Below the pieces are notes generated by a model. The model made no database searches. It was not told where the DNA came from and saw nothing but the letters and a program-made list of their open reading frames with translations. A stretch of DNA of 64,000 nucleotides from Bugula neritina (taxonomy: Eukaryota > Animalia > Bryozoa), in contig OZ037765.1 of the NCBI GenBank assembly GCA_964035545.1, positions 22,815,504 to 22,879,503 on the forward strand, written 5' to 3'. This document shows, in pieces, positions 33,201 through 44,824 of the stretch. Both the position numbers and the translations under genes were made by a program. The first letter of the stretch is position 1, and every line of letters starts with the position of its first letter.

Positions 33201-36200
33201 TCTTGAACACCTGTGCCAGACGTGCTACTGCTGAAGCTACAGCTATAAGAAACAGATTTGTACAATATTTTGCTAATGAGCATGGTAGTGCTCCTTGGCA
33301 ATTTAACTACATCTTCAGACGATAATGAAGTATTTTCATCAATACAATGTTTTTTATTGAATAAATTAAGTTCAAGTCTATAAACTATAACCATGACACC
33401 AATCACTACAATTTACCTATATCCCTTTGAGACCCAGTGTCCTCCTCAAAGGACATATATATAATATAGATTATTATCAACAGAAACCACTTGTAAGCAT
33501 TAAAAACCAACTGTCCCTCTCAAGGGACAGTTGGGGAGTTGTTTCCTTTTGGTTTTGTTTTTTACCCTTCTCTATCAAAAAGCTACAACAACTTCAAAAT
33601 GGCTTCCCAAAGAGATAGAGCATGTGCTTCAACCTCTACAGGTAAAATATAATTTTTTATCCCATAGGTCAGGTTATAGGTCATCTATTCTTGTTTATAA
33701 CATGTTTCTACACATTTTAATTTTACAATATACCAGATATATTTTCCTTTGGTTTTATTGACAATTTTTTTTCATGTCCCCTGAGCAGGACATTGGGATT
33801 TAATGACTACAATTTGAGTAAGAATTACAATTGAGTTCAGTGTATGTAAAAGCATGTAATAGTTTATTATATCTTGTTTTTGTTCTTTTTTAACATTTTA
33901 CTTCTAAGTAATGTTTCAAACTATCAATTTTAGTTATTTTTCTTTTGTCTAATCATTTAAATACTTTAATATCGTATTTTTTGGCTTTGTTTTTAGGATC
34001 ATCAAACCATAGGATCTCAAAGAATCTCTCAGCAAATGATGCTATTCATATGTTGGACATGCTAGACAATTCTGACATAGATTTTTGTTCAGATGACAGT
34101 GATTTTGAACCTACCTGCTCTGACACTCAATCTGCTGACTCCGATGACTATGAAGAATTTCAACCACCACCCACCAAGAAATCCAAAAAAGCATCGAAAA
34201 AAGTTTCCTCCTTCAAGAAAATCACTCATTTTACCAGTAAATTTGAGCAAGCAACACAGCCTTTACCAACTCCAACAGATAACAGTGCGGTAGAAGAACT
34301 TAAGAAATATTTTACTGATGACATTTTTTCTTTGATGGCTGACCTAACAAATCGCTATCATGCTCAAAACACTGGGAAGTCTCTCGGAGTTACCCCTGCT
34401 GAGATTGCAGTTTTCTTTGGTATTTGTTTGTTGATGGGCTGCATCAACATGAAACGGATAAAGATGTATTGGGCAAGAAAGACTAACATCCCAATAATTG
34501 CTAACGCTATGCGAAGGGATCGATTTTTCAAAATTAGAAGCAACTTAAAAGTGGTAGACAACAACCTCGTAACAGTAGAAATTAAAACATCAGACAGGTT
34601 GTGGAAAGTAACACCATTTGTTAAACATATCCATGAGGTCTGCAATAAATTACCAAGAGAAAGAAACATGAGTATAAATGAGCAGATGATCTCATTTACT
34701 GGTAGATGCCCTACAAGACAATATGTACCACGGAAGCCATACCCAACAGGTTTAAAAAACTTTGTTCTTGCAGGCTGTAATGGCGTAGTATACGACTTTG
34801 AAATTTACCAAGGAGAAAGGACATTTCAAAACTTTAAGTTGGAAGATGGATCAGGAGGACAAGGAGTGGGAGCTGTACTGCGATTAACCAATGATTTAGG
34901 ACCAGGGAAACATGTGTTCTGTGATTGATTTTTTACAACCATTCCATTGATCGAACACCTTGCACAGACAAAAATTTCGCTAACGGGAACTATAACCCCA
35001 AAGTATGTACCTGTCCAATTTTTATCAGACAAGCAGATGAAGGCTAAAGGAAGAGGATCTATGGAGCAGTTTATAACAAATGGCAATGGTGATGAACCCG
35101 TCAGCATAGTGAAATGGTTTGACACCAATGGGATTTTAATGGCATCATCATTGCATGGATTAGAACCTGTAGAGGACTGTCAAAGATGGTCCAAGCATAA
35201 AAAAGAATACATTACCATCCCAAGACCGGCAGTTGTTAGTAGATACAATGCATCAATGGGTGGCGTGGATCTCTGTGACCAAGCTATTTCATACCATAGA
35301 CTGACTGCAAGGTGCAAGCGATGGCCAGTTAGAGTCATTATGCATTTGCTGGATTTGGCTGTAAACAACTGCTGGCTATTACATAGAGCTGCGGACCCAG
35401 AAAACAAGTCTGTGCAGCTGTTTGACTACAGGTTTCTAATGGGGGAGCAACTGCTTGCTACAGCTGGAGAAAGTATTTGCAGTGACACAGATGATGGTGA
35501 GACAAGGAGACGTAGAGTACCAGTGACGCTACCAATCAATTGCAGCAGAAGTAGAGGAGCTAAACACCTGCCAGAATTTATGAAGCTTACGAACAGTGCT
35601 CGCTGCAGGAGAGAAGGCTGCTCATACAAAACGAGTGTGCGCTGCACAAAATGCAATGTCTTCTTGTGCATTAATGCAAATAGAAACTGTTTTCTCTTGT
35701 TTCACAAAAAGTAATCTAAAGGACTTATTTTGAATTAAAGATGACATTGTACTAGCTCTAATACATTTCACTGTTTTCTAGTTACCGAGTACCGGCGTCC
35801 CCCACAGGGGACACTTTATTACAGCAAAAATAAAAAAAAATTCCATGAAAAGTTATGGTTTTGTGTTAGTTTGCATGAAAAAGTAATAGAAAATTGGTTG
35901 TCACTGCGATTTTCCCACTGAAACTCTCTCGGGTCTCCAAGGGATATGTAAATAATTTTTATAATTGAATAAGAAGTTTAGCTATAAGTTTTATTACACT
36001 ACATACAGTGGTATATTGCTACTGGAACGGTCCTGTACAGCGTACCGGTTGTTAAAATTTCTGCTATCTTAGGTGGTACGCCCGTACCAGTTGATAAAAT
36101 TTAGAACTGAAAATGAAAAAAAGTGGACTTTTCACTTGTGTAGTGGAATTTGCCGAAACCTATAGCCTGATTTTCTCAACAACCGTGAGTAATTGAAAAT

Positions 36201-39200
36201 TTTAAGGGTACCCCTTGCATAAATTAATAGAGATGCAGTTAGGTAGGTTTTGTTTTATCAACCTTGACTTACCATTTGCATTCTAGTTTGCTCAGTGCAT
36301 GCTTTTGGCCCGACTATTTAGCTGTACTATTCTGCATAAATCGAAGTAACTTTCAAATTTCATTATGAGTAAACCTGTTGCAAAAAATCAGCTGAATCTC
36401 AATGACATGTTTTGTAAAAAAGGTAAGATTTGAACTTTTCAGTCTAATATACATTTTCATTCAGCTAGTCGCACTAATCACTAATAGCTATTCCTAAGAG
36501 TAAAACTAAAACTTAAAAGCAAAACTTCAAGTACAACAGTAACACTACTAGTACTGCTAATAGTAATACTACTACCACTAGTAGTTGCACTACTACATAG
36601 TAGTAGTACTGCAATTATTACTAGTGCTACTACTACTACAGCAAAGAACTATGCTGCAATGAATGAAGTGCAAATAGCCAATCTGTTGCTATTAATGGGC
36701 CTTGACAGTGTCCCAATTTTTGAACAATTTACCTTTCATGGGACAGAAGAAGGTAGAACAAAAACATTAACTAATGTAATCAGTATATTTGACAGATATT
36801 TCGAACCAGTTAAAAATATTATTTATGAAATGTGCCAGGAATCGAAATCATTACATCAATTCATTACCGATCTACAGTCCCAAGCAGATAACTGTGAGTA
36901 TGGAGCTATGTGCGATCAACAAATTAGAAATAGGATTGTTGTTGGCGTGTCTAATATTAAGTTAAGAGAGTACTTAATTGACGTAGAAGATTTAATCTTG
37001 CCTAAATGTATACAAAAAGCTAAGCAATGGATGAGTCACCATTCCCAGACCCTACAATCGGAAGATGGATATCGAGAGAATGTAGATGGTATGTCTGTTT
37101 GGAAAGGAAGAGTTGGTAGAAAGAGCAGCTAGTACTTATCAGACAGAGGTAGCAAAGCAAGGCTGCCCTTATTGCAGAGTTCTGTCCCATCCCTGAAACA
37201 AATGCCCAGCGCGTAACGCAGTGTGCTATACCTGTAAGCAAAAAGGTCATTGGGCCAAGTCCAAAGCCTGTAAAGGCAGACAAGGAGAGATGAAGTCTGT
37301 TGAGGTAGACCAGACTACGGAAGAATTAGGTGGCTTATTCTTGGGATCAGAGGAAACAGCATGACTAAACGTGGTGTCATGTGTGAAAGAGACAAGGAAA
37401 ACCTGGATGGTGAATCTTAGACTAAACACTCAATCAGTAAATTTCAAATTAGATACGGGGGGGGGGGGCAGCCATAATCGCAATTCCAAACACGATGAAG
37501 TCAAGTATGAATAACATTGCTCCAGCCCCCTTGAAGGGAGCCGGGAACCACAAGCTTACAGTAACAGGGAAAGCTATGGTGACACTTTCTACAAAGCATA
37601 CGACTATTCAAGAGGAGGTGTATCCTATAAAGAATCTAGTGACCCCATTGTTAGGGAAGCCTGCAATAGCTAAATTGGGGCTCATTCAGTTTGTGCAAGA
37701 AGTCGCTCCGGTTGATAACGGTGATTGGATTCACAAGTTTTCAACTCTCTTTCAAGGACTAGGGTCAGTGGCGAATGAAATTAGGAAGCCAGCGCTGAAA
37801 GAGGAGTTGCAAAGGATGGAAAACTTGGAAGTCATTGAAAAAATTGAACAGCCTACTGAGTGGTGTTCTCCATGCGTTGTAGTGCCAAAGTCAAATGGGA
37901 AACCGAGAGTTTAATGTAATAAATAAGCCAACACTGGTTGCAGTTCAACAGCAATAGTTTGGAGATGAAATTGTATAACATCATCAATATTATGTGAGCC
38001 ATATAGTCCGCAGTTATTCTATGTTGCTGCTTTTTTATGTTTGTTATATATGATATTAAAGGAATAGCAAGAAAATATTTTAAATTATAAAAGGAAAAAA
38101 CTAGAAAAAAAAACAAATGGCTGTGATCAGACATTGTACTACGCAGGGGCAAGCTGCAAAAAGCTGTTAGGTGCAGACATGTGTACAATGGGAAAACTTG
38201 TTGAAAATGAGAAAAAAGGTCTGCAATGATCAGACCCTAAGGAATTACGAGGCTGGACTTCAAATCGTTATGCAAAGAACCTTTTTAGGAACCAGACAGC
38301 TTCAAACATTATATCTTCAATATTATAAAGTCATGGAAGTTTGTGTCTTAGAAAAATCGGGCTACAGCAAAGTTTTTTGCTGAATGGGCATAGGTGATGA
38401 GGAATGACAAATTATGAGTAATAATGTTTTAGAACTTTCAATGAACAATATAAAAAATGGTCTAATCGGCCCAATTGATAAAAAAACTGTAGAAAAAACA
38501 TAAATTAAAATTTGGTAACACTAGCTATACAGCCATGTATTCAGCAATTACACATAAAAATAGTTAGTAATAATATTATTAAATTACCTTCCTTTGGTGG
38601 CTGCAAATGACAAGTTTCAGGTTGAAAACTTTATTTAAAAAATGTTTTAGCCCATGAAACATTGATTATGAATTTTGATGACCGAGGTAATTTTTCAACT
38701 TACCAGCTTCTTCAATTTGTTGATATAAACCATCAATAAACTCTTCAAGCTGCTGCCGAGGCTCTGCTGGTAACTCTAAGGCATCGCAGTTTTTCACCCA
38801 AACACTAAGAGAGCTAGAAAGTATAAGCATCATTATAGAATTTCAACGCTAACTTTTTCTAGCAGCATTGGATTTCAAATTAAGCATCAGGCAACAGAGA
38901 AATTAGTATCTTTGAATAAAATGGCATATTCAATCAATTACAACATAACAAGCTGGTAAAAAATTTGCAGAAAGTTTTTAGCATAAATGTTACCAACATC
39001 ATTTAGACTTTATAACTAATACAGATATAACTTCTAGAACAAAAATATGTTTGCATCAAGCATCAGATTTACATAGGGTGTATAGGTATATGAGTACTTC
39101 CATGAAATGTCCAATTTTTTTATAAATGCCTTTGACAATTTTTAAAAGTTGTTTTGTTCAGTTCAAAGCATATAAGACAAAAAAGAAATTGCTTTACATG

Positions 39201-42200
39201 CTAGGAGAAAAAGCCAAGACCAAAAGAAATAACACAGCAAAACACTTTTTTACATGCTGCTTCAAGATATAAATCCAACTGAAATCTATTGATAAAAATA
39301 CCTAGTACCAATTCCTTGCCCATTAGTTCCAATCATAGCCAAAAGTGAATTGAATCCATCTTCAGTCATCCAGTCTGGCATGACGTCTCCAAAAATCTCC
39401 TTGACCATTTCTCTCAGCATAGTTATAGAGCCCTGGTGAAACATATACAACTAGACAATAGCAACATGTTGAAATGTGTCGGTAAAACAGTGTGAGATTG
39501 CAGGATTTAGGTAATAAGTAAACAGAATTTGAGTAAGTTTTATTGGCAAAATTATTAGGTATATAAAATAATATTGCACAACTGATAGCACCGATTAGAC
39601 TGTTTATTTGATAACTTTTGTTTGGCATACATTAACTACTAATAAAATAACTACCTGGAAAAGCATGTGAATGTATGAACATAATTTCAGCAGAAATATT
39701 TTAAAAAATATGTAATTATAACAAAATACAACTAACATACATTGTCAATTAAACTTACTAACCGCTTACCCAATTGAACCGAAATTTAAATTATTTAGCA
39801 CTTAAAATAGTATCACTCTAGAAAGTTGGATAAAATCATGTTTTTTCAATGACAATGCTTGAAGAAAATAAAAATAAAAGTTTAGGAAGAATAGAAACTT
39901 GTGTTTTGGTGTCTTACTGTATGCTGATCTCCAAGAAGTTTGTGAATACAATCAGCTGCCTCATCTTTTGATCTGTTGCAGAATAGTGAAATCTGTGAAA
40001 GAAGTTCCCCTCTATTATTTGCCTGAAAATAAATTATTTAACACTTGCATTCTGTGTTTAAAACTTTGTGATATGTATAGAATAATGAACCTATCTTTTT
40101 GTTATTACAGATCTCCCTCCATAACTCACAGATCTAATTCTCACGCAATGGCATGTTTTCTTGGTTTAAATACCATAAGTTTATTTCAAATCTTGAGTAA
40201 GTAACAGCTGCCATTATTGGGAAAGCTATCTCTGGTATAAACATGGAGAGGTATGAAATGCACTGTTTTGATAGGAATGAGACTAAAAGTTGAATGCAAT
40301 TGTCCAAAAATTAACAAGTAGAGATTAAATATGCTTAAGCCTCATTTCATCATGTTACCCACGTAACAAACTAAGAAGCCTGTATTTGTATACGATGTAA
40401 GCTTATGATGTGTGTAGACTGTGTAGGGACAAAATGGCAAATTATATCTGGTATTCTACTATGTCCTGAATTGAGGTAAGGAAAGTGAGAGGGAGGACTG
40501 TAAAAGATCAATTTTGGTTGTATGTAGGAGAGCTGAAAGCCATCTAATGCACAGTACCTTTTGTATAAAGTACAAATTCACCAACAATATGCAGTGTATA
40601 ACAGATTTACTATGTAGTATAAAAAGAAAGATATCAAGAATCATCTAGATAGGTATAATGCATTCATCAAATGATGTTTGCTTACTTATGCCAATTATAA
40701 CCTAAATTACATTGCATAAGCCACCATGCTAAATAAATGGAGACAACTGCAAGCTTTCTCAAGATATAAGAATGCTTGAAATTTGAAGATTATCAAAACT
40801 TCAGATTTGTTTCAAGTCTCTAACCCTGTAAGAACTTCTGGTGACAAAGAATCTTTGTAAGCAAGCAAAGGACTGTCTGTGACTGTCATGTTGGTAATAT
40901 GGTTTGTGAAAACTTTTGGGGGTAACACAGGAGCAGTTATGTCCACATGCTCTTCCGGGCAATACTTAAGGTGTGGCAAACTAGGCCGGTGCTCTAACCA
41001 CTGGACTCTGACTACCACTTAGATTTTCAACTATAAAGCAAAGTCAAAATGTTACCTGCTGTATCATGGCAAGAAGCTTGTATACAAGACTGATGCTGGT
41101 TGTTTCTGGTGGGTAATGTAATGTTCTCCAAACATTTTCCAGAGCCTGTAAAGGATGATCAGCATTCTCTGCGCCACTTCCGGCACACAAAATTCTGTGA
41201 TACTTTTGAAAAGCTTTGCTCCTACATTGTTCACTGCAATATCTAGTCTGGAAACAGAAGATAAAGGCAAGGCATCATAATATTATGAACTTTAGTACAC
41301 AAGCAGAAGAGCTGATGCAGCACTAGAGTCTATAGACAAAAGAAAGCTTTAAATGAACAACAAATAATATTCAAGCAAAATTTTACGTATTAAATAGTAC
41401 AGAGAACATTAGACAATTATAACATATGGTGCTTGGTATATGGGCTCCAGTACAGTTAACCTGAACGTGAAGTCCAAATCAACCATTTTGTCTGTTATTA
41501 AATCAAGAAAATAGGATTTACTAGACTTTTCTACCTATCAAAAATAGCCAACACAAAAGCAACTGATAAAGCTAATATCTAGTTTGACCACACTTAGCTA
41601 ACATACCATAAACATAGAAGCAGTTAAAGTAAACAATAATTCAATCGGCAGACTATGATGGAACTTACAGCACATTGCTCACAGAAAACCTGTGAGGCCA
41701 CTACAGTTTCACAGCATTCAGGATAAGGCAACTCCAGCTTACCATCTTTACACAGTCTTCTTGCATTTTGAGTTGCAGTTTCAAGATTTTTTAAACAATA
41801 ATCACCTGCAGAAATGAGAATTTATAATGCCTTTCGTAGATAAGTTTGTGAATAGTCAATTCAATGATTTATTTGATGAGCTGCAGAGTTTGCACTTCAT
41901 CAATACAACAAAAATTACTAAAAACATTTGCAAGAAAAATAATTGATGAAATTGACCTAAACTGCCAATTTGTATTGTTTACACACTAACAAAGGCCAGG
42001 AGGCTAATAAGATCATATTATAAAAATTTCTGCTTATGAAACATCCTTGACAGCTCAAAATTATTTGTGAGACATTGATAAAACTTGAAAAAATAGCTAT
42101 GTACATGTATATCAAGAGTTGAATATACCAATTTAGTTTGGGCGAGGTTTTTTCATGTCGAACATGTTGATTTTGTTTCAAATACTGGATAAATTCGGTC

Positions 42201-42889
42201 AATACTAAAAAGAGCATAAAATAACTTACAACAGCCCACAGGGTCATTGAAAAAATAAAACAAATTTTATAAAGATAATTTATTGAAAAATTAGCAGGAA
42301 GTGTATTCATAAATTAAAGCAGAAAATTACAGCAAATAAAATTAAATTTAAGAAAAAACATTTTGATTTAGTTAAAAATTATCCATTATGATTATGATAT
42401 TGATACTCATACTGAGATATACTTATGAGTTATACTGTTATACAGTTAATGTTATAGTATGCACTACTTACATGCAATATATTTACATACTTTGTTCCAG
42501 CTAAATTGACTAGATACCAACGGCTCTTCTTCGAATAGCACTTCTCCTGCAGCTACTGGTCCAACTGTAAATAAACTTCTGCCCTATAAAAACAAAAAAT
42601 TGGCTAATGAAACTTGTCATAACTTGAACAGTTAAACTTATTATAATTATAATGATAATGAGTATAATTATGACTATTACTATTAGTATTAGCTAGCTAC
42701 TGTTGAGAAAATAAATGAAATATCAACCATATTTTACCAACAGTAGAACTAAAAATAAATAATAATCATAATGATAATCTTATAATCTAAAAGTATAAGT
42801 AGATCTGAACATAAACCTTGGTCTTTCACCTTTGATTTTTGAGTTTGTCTAACACTAACAGCAACAGTAATACTGTAATGGATTCTCAT
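21273..42889 (-). CDS. SMYD5: SET and MYND domain protein 5 (histone lysine methyltransferase)
   Basis: Exons 42889-42830, 42583-42472, 41805-41669, 41247-41056, 40022-39918, 39432-39302, 38813-38704, 23945-23788, 23700-23630, 21396-21273; motifs [48 protein letters not shown]...[20 protein letters not shown] and acidic tail, all characteristic of SMYD5. First coding exon less certain. Confidence 0.93.
21649..23018 (+). CDS. Small secreted protein (~167 aa): signal peptide, two 4-Cys modules (VWC/SVWC-like) separated by Thr/Pro-rich mucin linkers; nested antisense in last SMYD5 intron
   Basis: Exons 21649-21824, 22181-22372, 22883-23018 with GT-AG phase-2 introns give an open frame: [18 protein letters not shown]...PTTPLPTT...[31 protein letters not shown]...YYC...[47 protein letters not shown]...[12 protein letters not shown]. 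Confidence 0.8.
24202..25960 (+). mobile_element. Decayed Ty3/Gypsy LTR retrotransposon, 5' part (short LTR, tRNA-Ser PBS, gag-protease-RT relics)
   Basis: TGTAA...TTACA (24202-24346) followed directly by PBS TGGCGCAGTCGGCAGGAT (24347-24364); gag-like ORF 24619-24942; interrupted RT motifs [34 protein letters not shown]. Confidence 0.85.
25961..28673 (+). mobile_element. 5'-truncated DNA transposon with intron-containing DDE transposase (Sola-like / ISRm11-type; superfamily uncertain)
   Basis: Spliced exons ~26065-26297, 26459-26642, 27152-27311, 27536-27730, 27933-27985 read [47 protein letters not shown]; right end ...GGGTCACA followed by TA. Confidence 0.7.
26668..27105 (+). repeat. Tandem minisatellite with alternating 52/59-bp units (111-bp dimer) inside a transposase intron
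   Basis: AGTGAGGG(T/C)RGG core recurs at 26668, 26720, 26779, 26831, 26890, 26942, 27001, 27053. Confidence 0.9.
28700..30310 (-). pseudogene. Degenerate tandem C2H2 zinc-finger array
   Basis: Repeated linker-like THT(C/S/R)(E/K)K(P/R)FQC motifs on - strand (e.g. ~29185-29220, ~30100-30130, ~30180-30210, ~30265-30295) with stops and frameshifts. Confidence 0.6.
30480..31300 (+). mobile_element. BEL/Pao-like retrotransposon gag relic
   Basis: ORF 30710-30952 ([15 protein letters not shown]...DLADKHP...ELW...FMQFME) resembles BEL/Pao gag; no LTRs or pol resolved. Confidence 0.4.
31700..33330 (+). mobile_element. PIF/Harbinger transposase pseudogene (HARBI1-like), intron-containing
   Basis: [19 protein letters not shown]; [10 protein letters not shown]; [23 protein letters not shown]; [17 protein letters not shown]; [17 protein letters not shown]|ILSQRWR, with stops and frameshifts. 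Confidence 0.85.
33423..35943 (+). mobile_element. Full-length piggyBac-family DNA transposon with ATAT target-site duplication
   Basis: Left end CCCTTTGAGACCC, right end GGGTCTCCAAGGG (12/13 inverted match), flanked on both sides by ATAT (33419-33422, 35944-35947). Confidence 0.9.
33599..35714 (+). pseudogene. piggyBac transposase (PGBD2/3-like), two exons, one nonsense codon
   Basis: Exon 33599-33641 + exon 33997-35714; motifs RDRFFKI, SINEQMI.F.GR, FCD*FFT (TGA 34926-34928), [14 protein letters not shown]-terminal Cys-rich domain. ORFs 33945 and 34947 are in the same frame. Confidence 0.9.
36659..37914 (+). mobile_element. Second Ty3/Gypsy remnant (gag with CCHC knuckle, protease, start of RT)
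   Basis: gag QIRNRIVVG and C..C.KGHWA; protease FKLDTG; RT start [36 protein letters not shown]; frameshifted and internally deleted. Confidence 0.85.
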
Positions 42890-42936
42890 CCTCTATTGTT
42901 CTGAAATAACTGCGTGCATCAGTATACTATAAATAC

Positions 42937-43403
42937 TGTTGCGTATCGTTCTTAATGCTGTAATTATAGTTAAGTAAGCTAGCTTGCTAATGCCTAAGTA
43001 TGGTGATTACTGTTAAGCTTTCAGCATAATGTAATTTTACTGAAATACGCATTCTGAAGTTATGTAATATCTCTTTTACTAATAGTGCTTTTCTTTTACT
43101 AATGTTGCTTTCTTTTGTGTGTGTCCTTTGTTGCTGAGATCGGCATTTCGGTCTTCCGAAATGCCGATATTCGGCATTTCGGAACCCCGATCTCGGCAAC
43201 AAAGGAATGTCTTTGTCTCGCTTGTATATAAAAGCCAGCGAGTTCCAGTGTAGTTCAGACTACTACTGGAGCTCGCTGGTAGTAGGACCACATAAGCTGT
43301 ATTTGATGCTAATAAAGTTATTTTCATTCGTATTCAGATACTTGGCTTATTCTCTCTAGAGCATGTAGGCACTAGTTGCATTCAAAACCCACAGTATACT
43401 ACA
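42937..43403 (+). mobile_element. Probable solo LTR
   Basis: TG...CA termini (TGTTG.../...CTACA), 4-bp flanking duplication ATAC, TATA box TATATAAAAG (~43225), AATAAA (~43311), internal hairpins. Confidence 0.65.
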
Positions 43404-43429
43404 ATACTAATAGTAATACTAATACTTAA

Positions 43430-44197
43430 AGGATTGCTCTATCTTGTCTAATAAATGGCCATTTAGGTCAAACACACATAATATTGTGTTTTTCTAAGCA
43501 TGCATTGACAAAAAGCATTTGACCAAAGGTAGAAAAAGTTAGTTGAAGTTGAGGGTGTAGATTGGTAACAGCCAAAACGCCGATTTTGAAATGAGCTGGG
43601 AACTGTGACGTAACAGCGCCAGCATTCCTGCTGGTCACGTGACTATACAAATGAATAACTATAGAAATATGACTGTGAGATGTGATCTTTCAGCTCGTAA
43701 TTTGTATATTTATAGAAGTGCAAATGTGAATTATCTCAATCTATAGTTTTTTGACATGTTAAATAACATGTATGTGATAACATTAGGCCATATTTTGCTT
43801 GTAAGCATAGAAAAAAGCATTGCAAAAACATGCATTCTTTAGGATGAATGCCTGCGATCGATCTAAACTAGGTCAAATTGTACAATATTATGGGCGCACC
43901 AAAGCTGACCTATATAGCGCACTGTAACTGCTTGAGCGTTATTGGTTGATGTTGCGTTCAGCAACCTTGAATACTAGCGTTATAGTTAGCACGTGCAGCA
44001 TAGTTACTGGCGTTCACACGTCACGTATTAGGCTATTCTTTTTCATGGCTGAAAATTTTACCTCCCTCAAAATTGGAATTTTGAAAAGCTGTTTTCTAGG
44101 CATATATCCCTTTGCAAGGTCACAATTGTTTGCATACACAATAGATTATAGTTCATAATTATAATGTGATTGTAATAAACTAAGATAGAGCAATCCT
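43430..44197. mobile_element. Non-autonomous TIR element with TTAA TSD and AGG termini (Kolobok-type MITE)
   Basis: TTAA|AGGATTGCTCTATCTT ... AAGATAGAGCAATCCT|TTAA, perfect 16-bp TIRs. Confidence 0.85.
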
Positions 44198-44249
44198 TTA
44201 ATCTTGTAGTTATACTAAGTCTAATGAGTAATGCCGACTACTATAGACA

Positions 44250-44457
44250 TAGTAATACTAATACTAATACTAATAGTAATACTAATACTAATACAGTAAA
44301 TGTAATAGTAATACTAATAGTATTAGTATTAGTAATAGTAATACTATTACTATTACTGTATTAGTATTACTATTACTATTAGTATTAGTATTAGTATTAG
44401 TATTAGTATTAGTATTAGTAATACTAATACTAATACTAGTAATACTAATAGTAATAC
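44250..44457. repeat. (AATACT)n/(AGTATT)n microsatellite that switches strand
   Basis: Blocks of AATACT-type hexamers alternate with their reverse complement AGTATT. Confidence 0.9.
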
Positions 44458-44659
44458 AGAATTAAATATAATATTGTATATGCATTGTTGCTAAACTTGA
44501 AATAATCCAACATTATAACAAACTCACACAATTAGTTTTAAAAGACTGACTACGATATACTGATACTAACTCTTTCAATGGTCTTTTGCTCAAAAACACG
44601 CGGTGCTTGCGAACATGCCATTTTTGTTGCATAAAATGGTTCCAATGCGGCGTGAAATT

Positions 44660-44824
44660 AATTGTTCTATAAGCAGCCCCGAGTTCGGCGTGATTGAGTG
44701 CAGCAGTTTGCAGTTCCCGGGTTTGGAGTTGGATTTTATTGAAGAACAAACTCCAAACTCAAGAACTGCGAACAAACTACTGCACTCAATCACCCCCAAC
44801 TCAGAGCTGTTTATAAAACCATTT
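44660..44824. mobile_element. Palindromic MITE-like repeat, copy 1
   Basis: ATTGTTCTATAAGCAGC...GAGT...GTGCAG..GTTT / AAAC..CTGCAC...ACTC...GCTGTTTATAAAAC; homologous to 58344-58496. Confidence 0.75.

Noticed and set aside
34926-34928. In-frame TGA as selenocysteine or programmed readthrough
   Set aside because: Aligns with Arg/Asn of D(R/N)xFT, no SECIS seen, and the first catalytic Asp is also mutated; simple decay is more likely.
34364-35671. Several 75-101 aa ORFs on - strand
   Set aside because: Antisense shadows of the piggyBac transposase.
36005-36350. Possible hAT-type element starting CAGTGG
   Set aside because: No matching right terminus or TSD identified.
40812-41018. 68-aa ORF / tRNA A-box-like sequence in a SMYD5 intron
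   Set aside because: No homology recognised, no B-box or cloverleaf, SMYD5 frame is complete without it.
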